Below, piece by piece: positions 12,844 through 23,650 of a stretch of 64,000 nt of DNA (position 1 is the first letter of the stretch; each line of letters opens with the position of its first letter). Source of the DNA: Phoronis australis (Eukaryota > Animalia > Phoronida). The notes under the pieces are model-generated. The model was not told where the DNA came from and made no database searches. It saw only the letters and a list, made by a program, of their open reading frames with translations. Both the position numbers and the translations under genes were made by a program. The stretch covers positions 582,271 to 646,270 of the forward strand of contig NMRA01000229.1 in NCBI GenBank assembly GCA_002633005.1, given 5' to 3'.

Positions 12844-15324
12844 TCACACGTTCGCTTTCGCGTTTAACGTGTAGCCAAAACTCTCAAATACATTGCAGGT
12901 TACCGGAAGAAATTAACCTTGACATGTTACATACCCACACTGTACGAAATCTAAAATTATCCCCTCAACTGTTTGACGACATGAGCGAATTCCCTACGAC
13001 CAACGTCCTCTTTGTCAACAGGGCTTTCATCATAAGGATCCTCGAAAGAAATTCTATTAAAGAATTCTTTGGAAAAGGATAAATATTTTTATAGATCGAA
13101 AGATCGGGAACATATTGTGTTTAATTGTATAATTCACAACGTGGTCTTCAATTTTTTCAACCTTTAACCCTTTCTATGGTATGAATGTTTCTTAAATACA
13201 ATCTCACATTTTGGTAATTCTTTGGGCCGCTTGGCTTCATGCTGCTGCGCTTTGCATCCGGGCACCTACTGTAGTGTTTTCGACCACTTTGAAATTAATC
13301 TACTTTCACCCCTGAATAGTTAGCAGTGCCGAATTTATGGGGGCGGGTAAAAGGACGACGTTTCGGCTGGTAAAGGACGGTCATTCCTGTAGACATCATC
13401 AGGTGTTACAGCGTCCTTCGAGAAGGCGCACGGGTACCTCGTACACTAATGGTGGGCAGTTATATTCCTGGTGCACGGCAGTGCTGGACTCGATTGACAA
13501 CTCAAAGCTCCCAGGTTCAAACCGCGAATTGCAGGGCCAGAAAAAATAAGGATGCTGAAAGACCTGAGGCGTATTTCTCGGAAAGTATAGTGCCAAAAGT
13601 GGATTTTGCTTTGACTTTTATTCTGTTCCTGAGCAGGCTACGGATTTTGTCTTGGCTTCGAATTGTACATGTAGGCAAATTTCCTGACTTTTAGCCTCGG
13701 CTCCATAGGAAGTGCAACTATGAATAGACTATTAGTCTGTGTAAATAGACTTATAGATTTTAGGAATGGTGTCTGGTAATCTTTCTGAAAAAGTAACAAA
13801 CGAGTGTTATGTAAAGTTCATAGGGAGCGAACGATTCTTCCAATTTTCATTTGATTGGAATAGTTAATATGACAAGTCAATATTGCTGTCTCGGTATATA
13901 TTTTTGCTGTTTTTATAGGAGAATCTATATAAGTGAAAATTGTTTCGCTAGAAAAACGTGAAGTTCAACCGTGACCAGCCTCCTGGGTCTGTTACTATTT
14001 TCATTTGTTTTCAAGCTTGCATAGAGAAATGATTGCTGCGCTTCAGCACGTTATCACGTATTATGTGTGGCTATTTTGAATTTACAGCACAGCTGTAGGT
14101 GATTCTTTAATCGAATGTTAGAAAAAATAATTGAGCAGCACAAATCACGGGAATGCGTCGTTTGCCCTTTTTATTTCCTGGTTTCTCACAACAAATACGG
14201 CATCACAATCACACCTAGTGCCACAAAGAAGGAGAGGGGGGCAGGTGGGGGAGCGCATGAACTTAGCACTGTCGACTATTAACCCGGAATAGTAGACAAT
14301 CTTCGAAAGGGTCGAGTAAATTAGAGAACATGTTCATGCGAAGCACTTTAGTATCACGTGAGAGAGTATTAAGAGAAACAAAGCAACATCATTTTAGAAA
14401 TTTGAAGACCACTGTTTGTGAATTACGCAAAGGCAATATTCTCCACGATTTATAAAGCGATAAAAATCTCGACAATTTTTCCCAAAGAATTCAATAGTAA
14501 TTCTTTTGAAGATTGTTATTAGGAAAGCATTAATGACGATGTGAGACTTGTTCGTACGAAACTCGCTGTGTCAATCAGACTGCCAGGAGTGCTATTTTTG
14601 ATAATCGTGTACAATGTACATTTCTAACTGGTGAAGCTGCTCCCACTGTATTTGTTGGGCACCGTAAACAAAAAAAATCTGCGATTTTTGGTCTACATGT
14701 TTAATTCATAAAATGTGATATGCTACCACTGGAGTGAACAAGAACTCGCGTTAACACGAAAAAAATTTGAAACTTTCTTGGGCGTAGGCACCCAAACACC
14801 CGTAGAATGCCACGTCTCCGGTGCTCTCCCGATGACCCTTGAAGTACTCTACATGTACATGTATTTGGACGGATCCGTTCGGAATTTGCCAACACTTTCG
14901 TACAGTGAATTACGGACTTGCAACTTGACAACTGGCGATTCATTCAAAATGCGCGCTGTGAGTGCATTGACAATCTTAGATTTTCTGGTAACATGCAAGG
15001 GTAACGAAAATCGATAGATTCATAGACTATTTTCACTGTTAAGTTAAGTTAATCTAATTTGAAATAAATTTGTAATGCTTCAATGGACTCCGATGCTGGC
15101 TGAAATTCCGACTCCAAACAGTAAAGAGCTCTGTACTAACCCTCTAAGAAGTTGGTGTTTCTGTGAATTTTGACCTAGGGAGATGAAATTTGGGCAGTTT
15201 GATATCATTTGTCCACCCCCGGGGGAAGGCAAAACAAAACCTCGGTTGCCCACTTTTAACATGTACTTTTGAAACAACCCTTTAGGCGGTGTACCAGAGA
15301 CCTTAGAACCGCACCCTTACAGTA

Positions 15325-17024
15325 TAGGCCATAGTCTATTCGACTCTAGGAAGCCTAGAAAATCACTTCTGTGGCTACTTTTTTGTTTTTAGGTCATTAA
15401 GTACTAGACTTTACGAATCTATAAAGTTTCCAAGGTTTTACTAGCACGTTTTCGAGAAATTTATCTCAAATATCTGACTTTTTGCAATATTTGGCACAGA
15501 AAACCCATTTTCGAAAACCAACAACACTAAACAAAATCTGAATGATGATTTGATTGGGGTTTGTTCATTTGAAGTTATTGGAGAAGAAAAGTGATAAATA
15601 TTAATAAATATTATGACATTATGTGAAAAATTGCTAAAAAAGAGGAAAAGAAAAATTTTAGCAACGCCTCCTGTTGGCCACAAAACATACTACTATATTC
15701 TGAACTCCTACCAAAAGAGCAACACTGTTAAGCATTTAGAACTTGATAAAGAGTTGATATCACAACCTACATATGAACAACATACATTTCCAAGCATCTA
15801 CAATGAATTCACTGTAATCACTTTCATTAATTGTCATAATTAATTATTATCCACATTGCAGTTCACTGTCAACTGCCACAGAGGAATGATAAACCGTACA
15901 GTTCTGACTGCCACGAGGATAATAAAATGTTGTCAATATTTTCCATTAGCTTACAAAATTATAGTTATTTAACAACATAGCACAAATTTATTTTTTTCTT
16001 CATCCACTCCATCATCATTTACATCATCATTATTGTCATCAAAACTTGTTTCTTGAGACACCGTGTTTACACAAGACAGTCACACAACTTAGAACATGGC
16101 ATGCCTGACTCCAAACAAGAGCACGTTTTTGTACTACAACCACCCTTTTTACATTTGCAATTAACATTTTAATGACATTTTCTGGGGCTAAAGGCAGAGT
16201 CATCCAGTGGAACTTCAGATCACCAAAAGCCACCCATTACCTATTAACTGGAGAAGGTGCACTGGCATGCTGTTGCGAGGCTCTTTTGTGAATGGCACAC
16301 TGGTAGTTTGCTCTTATGGCATGTAACAGCAAACAATCATGATGAGGAGGCAGAGATGATTCCATCACAGATTTCAACCTGAATATGCGGTAGCGCCGAA
16401 CTCATGATGATGAGTCGCCGTACAGCTTGCATACAAAAGGTTCAATGCCTTCCATGAATTGACCAGGAACCACAAATGCTGAGCCCAATTTTAATGAAAA
16501 GGTTTAAAAATATCTGTGCAAGCCTACACCCTACCCGGCATTAAAAAATTTGTCAACCTGGATACCGTTTCGTCTAAACATATCAGCCATGTTACAGTAA
16601 TCTTTTTACTGAAACAGATAACCAAAATGCTCTTCACTTTAGCACACAGCATGGCCAATTACTTGAACACCCATCCAAGAATTAATTCTTCTCAATGTGG
16701 ACAGTAGTTATAAACAACTTAGCCTAGCCAGCAGGATAAGATCTACTGGCTGTCCTCGAATACTTTCATGAAGCAGATAACTTGGGAATGGGAAAAGTAC
16801 GGACACAATATTTTCCTGGCATTTGATTGACTGTGCTGATCATTTTGCACTGACACCTGGTGGCTAACATATTAGTTGAGGCTATTTTTAAATTAAAATT
16901 CTAATTAAACGTGCTTTTTTGAAATTGACTTTTGAACATCTGTAGATGGGTTTAATCCAAAGTTCCATTGCCCCCCGAAAGTAGCCACAGAGGCGAAAGA
17001 TAGGAGAGCTGGGACTATGGCCTA
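15325..17024 (-). mobile_element. Academ DNA transposon, internally deleted/degenerate
   Basis: TIRs TAGGCCATAGTC / GACTATGGCCTA, subterminal inverted CTGTGGCTACTT / AAGTAGCCACAG, and a 3-bp TSD (GTA) on both sides. Minus-strand relic at about 16070..16440: FVCKLYG..RYRIF..LPP..D.L.LH..RANYQ..W..LP.AP, then a Cys-rich finger CKCKKGGCSTKTCSC...CSKLCDC after a frameshift. Confidence 0.8.
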
Positions 17025-17222
17025 GTATGTACCCCTTCAGTGCATGTCCCTAAAAACAGGATTTTCCCTAAACTGGACCCTAATAAAGTAAATCGTGACC
17101 GGCTTTGGTATCATTTTCCCTCTTGGAAATTGACGAAACTATAACCAACAACTCCATCAACTCATACCGAGGTGATTCTGTTTCTTACTGAAATTCTCAA
17201 GATTACACAACCCGCACGCCTA

Positions 17223-17494
17223 TTACGATCTGGGTGAGAAATTGGCAGCAACTAGGGATTGATATCGTGGTAATTGGACGGGAAATGTTTTCTTTCCTAC
17301 GAGTCCTTTAAAGCGTCCTAAGAGAGAGAGCCGGAGGTAGCGCTTTTGTCGGGGGAGTGCTCCTGGTGTCGGCGGGTTATAGGTGGAGGTAAAGCTTATG
17401 TTCACTGCAGATGGAGGGTAGTAAAACTGGTGTCTACCTCGGTGCGAGACTGGATGGTGACGGGGACGAAACTGGATTAGACGAGGAGTTGCAC
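17223..17494 (-). CDS. Candidate terminal exon of a secreted peptide precursor: ...ALPRQKR-YLRLSLLGRFKGLV-GKK...*
   Basis: Branch-like TACTAAT plus tttcatAG acceptor, then an open phase-1 frame of about 90 codons to TAA. A furin-type RQKR and a GKK amidation/cleavage site flank a 14-mer. The upstream signal-peptide exon was not found. Confidence 0.5.
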
Positions 17495-18139
17495 CTATGA
17501 AACGTTACATTAGTAAATCGAACATCGGTTACATATATCATCTATAGTTTCAAGCATCAAATGTCAGGTGTTTCAATTATAGATGATGACGGATATTAGA
17601 TCTCCTAATTAAAGTCCCAGGCAAGGCAAACCGCAGAAGTGAGTCTTCAAGTTGAAGCAATCAATGAAATCCTTTCGGCCTGCCTTTGTATTTTGTGTAG
17701 GAAAACTAACTTGCCTTAAAAGCATGAAACAAACGATGGTGCTGATTGGGGCTTTAAAGATGTATTTGTATGCTCCTGACTATGCTAATGTACAGCAGGA
17801 ACTAATCGACAATGCTATTTTAACATAATCTACGCTAAACAAAGTGCAATTGTATTCACCGACAACTTGTAAATTTGAAAATAAAAAATCTGCAAATAGG
17901 TGGCCTTTGCACTAATGACGTACCTCACGTCCTCACATAGCTCGCATCATGCAGAGCTATTCCCCAGCATCATGTCACGATACTTACTGGACACAGTTCA
18001 GTGATTTGCGGCTGATCATTTTCGCCACAAACTCGTTCTTAAAAAAACATTTGGCAATTTTCAACCTACAGTGTACATCATATTCACATCGTCTCTATAT
18101 GTTGTGTTTCTAATTAATTCGGCCAAACAATCACAGAGA

Positions 18140-18520
18140 TAAGGAATTAGCAAGTTCCACTTCAAAGATACTTTTTCCGCTTAACTTCAGTTGAAAACTC
18201 CACAAAACGGACTTTAACGCGACTTAGTTCAGTCGAAACTAAAACCCAAGCATCGCTCATTCACCACAACTCCAAATATTTTCAAACTTAACTGAACTTA
18301 ACGAATTTTTTTTTAATTTAATTTTATTTGTGAATGGCGACATTATAGGCACTTGCTCAACTGCTGCCATATGTAATTTGGTTTCCACTTTAGAGAAAAT
18401 AAATATAATAGTAAAATATGGCAAACACAAACAGGGCTAAAATTTTATATTTCAGTGTACATGTATCTTTCGACTGACGAAACTCTTCCTGTGTTCTAAA
18501 TTAGTGAATGTAAAGAAAAT
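18140..18520 (+). repeat. Dispersed repeat, homologous to about 58955..59400
   Basis: Shared TTAGTTCAGTCGAAA, AAATATTTTCAAACTT and TCTTTCGACTGACGAAACTC.TCCTGTGTTC. Confidence 0.75.
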
Positions 18521-21500
18521 TTTAGTTCGTCTGAGGCAATTCGAGTCGTATTCACATGATTAAGTGTTCGGCGATGTCTAGCTATTGTGGTTTCATGGCC
18601 TTTCAAATTTGTTAACGCTGTTTTCTGACTTTTCCAGTATGAATCATACCAATAAACTGACCATCTGAGCCCAAGGCAATGACGACACCTACTTCACAAT
18701 ACTCATTTTCTCTTAAAACAGAGAAATTATGAAGTACATCTTGTGGCTAGGTAGCGATAGGAAAGTTGGTGGACAGATTGTCATGCAAAGGAGTAAAATA
18801 AGTCTTTAGTATTGCTAATGCTCTTGTTTGCAAAATCAAAGCTTTTGCAAACGAGGCTGTCATCAGGTGTGGTTCTCATCACCACCAACCAACTACCGGA
18901 TATTTTCCCCGTTCAGCTTAACACAACCTTTTTCGGACTTTGTTACAATTTCCTGTGGCTCCTTCTGACTCTGGACCTGACAGTGTGCCGGAAATCCTGG
19001 TAAACAGACTACCTTTTAACGATTTGGAGGGCGACCACATGTGCCAGTTTTCTCTGCACATAATTTTTGTATAGCTCGACGCATGCTATTTATTGACTGT
19101 GCGACAATATGCATCCCAAACACCTGTTACCGTGACGAAGCGACGACTTGGATCGTACTTCTACCGGTTGCGACAAAAGTCGCCACAATCCGACCTTTTC
19201 CCTAAGAAACCTCTATTAGTCACAGAGTGTCATTCGTTCGTCGTAACTCTAAAAATTGCTGATCGTAATCAAATGAAACTTTCTGGTACTGTTCTCGAAA
19301 ACGGTGTTAGGAATCACTTTTGGGTAAGGTCCTATCGTACTAGTGTGAGTTTCATGATTCCTGAAGGTACACAAAACAAATGTTAAGCAACTGTGACTGC
19401 TTAATTCTGATTTCGTCTTGAGTATTTATGTCAACGGTACGGGCGTTGCCAAGTTTGATTAAAATGCTTGATGATTATCATCCTATGGGTTATTTCTTGC
19501 AGTGGGAAGTACTCGCTGATGAAAAGTCTTTCTGGAAAGCTCAGATTAAAGCTTTTCACCTAATTACATTAGCCTTTATTTGCCTTAGGGAAAAATCATC
19601 TCTCCCGAACTAGCAGTGAAACCAAGCATCTCAATCCCGAACACTAGGCGGGCATTCTGACAACAGAGCTATCGAGCCCGTGCCAGCAAACGGTTACATA
19701 GTTCACTTAAGAAGAATATTTCCGCGCTATAAACGGATTACGCAACGGGGTGATAGGTACTTTACTACTATTCCTCCATGACTGAACCCAGCAGTCATGC
19801 CAGCTTTAAAGTGGAATGCAGCGCCTATTCCTGGCATGGTCAAGATAGCTCGGGAAATCCTGGGCTCCATTCTTGGTAAATAAAGCCTACTGTAATCAAG
19901 CGAAGCACCAAATTTCTTTCTATGCAGAATCAACATTGAATGCCAGAGAACAGTCACGTGATCCAGTCAATGGGCAAATAAAAATAAAAACAAAGTTGGT
20001 TCTGGTCAGTATCACGACTCATTTAAAATATGTGCCTCACAACTTGAATCTGGAATGCCTTGATTTTGAATTATTTGGAATAAAAACTGTGAAAGATTTT
20101 ATAAGTTTTCACAGGGTGTGGAATTTTGTCAATGGAAACGTCTTAGTTAACTTTGACTTAATTTGGTATTGTTGCGACCACGGTTAATGAATATTCGTGA
20201 TGGAGACTACAACATGACCAATATATCCCGGAATATGTTGAATATAATGAATGCAGATTTTCAAATTCTTCATCCAGCTGGTGTAGAGGTAAATATCCTA
20301 CTTTCACTTTCTTTTAATTCTGCTCTTTACTGATGATCACGTGTTAACCAAGCGTATAGTGACCGAGCTAAAAAAAGTCGTGGTTAACCAACAGACACCG
20401 AAATGGGTAATGGACAAGATACAAGAGTGCCGGAAAAACATAGTCCGTAGTCGTGCAAGGACATGCGACTTTGAAGGTTTTCCTACCCGGATCAAACATG
20501 ACGATTCGTTTTGATCTAGAACACACAAAATAAAAATTCGAATTTGAACTGTGTTACCGTCAAATTTTAAAGAAAAAGTCCCTCGTATCAATTTCAACCA
20601 AGGTCTCGATTTTTTAAAAAGTCCCTCAAATGCGCTGAAGCAAAGTTTTACTCGCAGTAGCTTACCAAGTGAGGCATAATTACTCCTGTCGAGGATGCAC
20701 TGTCTCGCACGTATAACTTTGATCGTGTTGATTATTATTTTTAAAATGGCTAGCTAAAAATACTACACCGCCGCATCATTTTTTTAAGTAAAATACAGAA
20801 CCAATTATGCTTTTTGGTCAGCTAGGAGAAAATGCGCGCTTTTTACTGGGTTGAATTGTATAGTGTCGTACATCTAGATACTCGGCTAATTCGGAACCTA
20901 TTACTTCTTGCACCTCATTAATATTAATTCGAAAATGTTGACGTTTATTATTTAATCAAGGTTGGACTGCATTGTAGTCATTATCTAACTAACTCTACGA
21001 ATTACGGTATTATCGTCAAGTTCTATAATGTGCGAAAATGTTGTCACGTGATCTCCTATTACGTCACAAGAAGACAAGAACGAAGTCGACGGATTCTTGA
21101 ACATTATTGAAGTCTGAGTCCTTCGTATTCGTACTCGTTATCTTCCAGTGATAAACACAAACTGAACACGTGAACTCATCCGAAATGTTCTCCCTTACAC
21201 CATCTGATTCATTTTTGTCTGTGTCGGCCAATGACCCACAATTCAGCTGTGTTTTAACTAGTCGGTGTAGCAACAACATGGCGTTAATAAAAGCGTTTCA
21301 GTGAATCTAAACAATTACTCTTTGGGTATTTATGATTTTGTTTCACATATTAACATCGTTTTAAAAGGAAAAGTTTGCAAGTCGCAGTTAAACACGCCAT
21401 TTCTTTTTAAGTCGTAAGAACGAGTAAATGAGACACCATCTCAGGGCTAAGGAATTTTCTGTAATTTTAAGGTCTTGTGCCAAAACGATAGCATCCACCT

Positions 21501-21523
21501 CAATGTGCAAATTGGTAACTTAA

Positions 21524-23160
21524 AGGAGAATGCCACCCGATTTAAATAGTCTTTTTTACCGTCTTAGTCGGTCTATATCCACATCGCCTTTTATACGGTC
21601 GACCTGAGTTGTCGCGTTAAACTGTGAGGAAGGTGATAAACGACGCAGTGACGTCAGTGGTTCATTTGCAGAGTGAATGTCGCTACATCCCGGTGCATCG
21701 TTCCCGCTTGTCCGAACTATGAAGCTGCAAAGAAAGCGGGTATATCGTTTCTACGACTTCCTCGAGAGCCCGAAATGCTTAGGAAGTGACCCGCGGTAGT
21801 GAAGAATGAAAGATACGCTGTAATAGCAGGCATGAGGCCGTGAAACATCTGGTCTGTGGCCGGCATTTCGTCGACTCTGACGAATTCCGTTTTACCAAAG
21901 AATAATCACAGCGCCTCTCTATTATTTCTTGATGAGTGCATTGCGGTTCGAACTGATAGCCTGTGAAACCTGATCCGATCCGTGAAATCTTCGTCAGATG
22001 AGCTCTTGACTAAGTCGGGATTGGGGCCGGGCGAGTTGCCATGTAGAGGTGTATTATTCAAAATGAATTATTCTCATCGTAACCAATGCTTATATAAAAC
22101 TGAAACAAAATCTGTCTCATTAGACCCAATGTGTGATAACTTTGCAGTATTCGTGAGTGCATATGTTGAGAAGCCAGCAATGAATAAACCACTGCATTAC
22201 TCGCTTTTGATACCGGCAATAAAGGCAATTGACAGGGAACCGAGGCCGTGTGAGCGCATGCTAATTCTGTGTCTGCTGACGCAAAGGTGTTGTGAAACAA
22301 TTACTCGATTTTATATGCTATGGGGAATCTTTATTTAGAAATACAAGTACATAATTCAAATCATTGTTACTGTACAACCTCTGCCCTGACTGTCTGTGGA
22401 AGGGGAACCCGACTTCTCGGCCCCCGACAAGTAAGTAGATTTTCAGTTTCGTGGCTAATTCACATAAATAATTGCGTGCACATTATTTCTTTGGCTCACT
22501 ATTATAGTCTTTTCGTGACTGGAGGTTTAGTTTCCAACTCAAGCTGGTTTATGTTCATGCCAGTCCCGGCGGCCGCAACGGGCTTAATCCGGTTCCGAGC
22601 CACTGGCCGGGATAACGAGTCAGTCCGGCCGCCCTGATCGGGTTCCGAGTCACTTGCCGGGATATCAAGCGTTTTGTATGTTTAGAACTCCAAAAAATCA
22701 CAAGTCTAAACAACACAGATTTAGGTTCTCCTGCCTGTATTTCACGGAAGAATACTTCGAATTTATCACCGAACAGACCCCAAATTCCCGCTACGGATCT
22801 TGGTAAATTGGCATGCTGAACTTTGTAGGCTACGGTGTGTCCAAATACCAATAATTCCGTAACAGCGAAATAAAACAACACGTTTGTATAAGAACTCGGT
22901 GTATTTTAAGGGTTTTACATCGAAGTTTGATGATTTATTGGAGTTAAACGATTAATTCAAGCGATAAGCCGGCGACATCAGTAACCCGTGTTGTGAACTG
23001 CTGAACAGACTGCGTGTGAAACCGATGACGTTATTGGATAATTTCAGCATCTCCGTCTGCCGTCAGCTGTCAGGTAACGCAACCGAACGTGCCGATATCG
23101 AGTAGAGCTACTCAATCTAAATTGATACAAAATGGGTTGTTTTTTGGGTGGCATTCTCCT
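21524..23160 (+). mobile_element. Non-autonomous Kolobok-like DNA transposon (1637 bp)
   Basis: Perfect TIRs AGGAGAATGCCACCC / GGGTGGCATTCTCCT flanked by TTAA on both sides, with an internal THAP relic. Confidence 0.8.
21691..21890 (+). pseudogene. THAP zinc-finger domain relic inside the Kolobok-like element
   Basis: RCIVPACPN...GISFLRLPREPEMLRK*..VKN...HLVCGRHFVDSD follows the C2CH THAP pattern. The conserved Trp position is a TGA stop. Confidence 0.75.
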
Positions 23161-23489
23161 TTAAGCTGAGGTCCGTAGGCCGCAAGGCATTAGCTTGAAA
23201 CTTGCGGAGAAAAATCTTCACCACTTACCGAACGCATACAGTGATTCCAGTTCCATATTATATCACTCCGCGGACCAATCACTTCAGTAACCACCATTTT
23301 GTTGGTCTAGGCTGCTACACGTAAGCTCCTGAGCATACTGGAGAAACTCTCGTCCTTTGCTCAAGTGATTTTTGGTTTAGCGAGATCTTGCTTCTCTCGC
23401 TAGAAATTAGATCTGCGATAATTTCGTGTGCGCCTCTGTAGTCCGATGGTTTGATAATCCAAACTATTTCAAAAAGTGTTAGGAAATAC

Positions 23490-23650
23490 GGAAGGTTCAA
23501 CTGAAAAATCGGAAGGTTCGATAGTCCGAAAACCGTAAAACGCATAGGTCTCCATAGTCCGAAGGTTCTATAGAATCGTCCATAGTTCGGACGTAGTAGT
23601 TTTGTTTTCGGACTGTCAAACCTTCAGATCATAGAATCTTCAGTCTATGG
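23490..23650. repeat. Short degenerate tandem array (GAAGGTTC..TAGTCC units)
   Basis: Repeated motif of about 16 bp with partly inverted units. Confidence 0.55.

Noticed and set aside
12374-13082. Long ORFs of 157 and 200 aa
   Set aside because: Their length is an artefact of the N gap.
18474-18500. CTGACGA...GAAAC hammerhead-like core (also at 59349)
   Set aside because: The motifs overlap with no stem II; part of a dispersed repeat.
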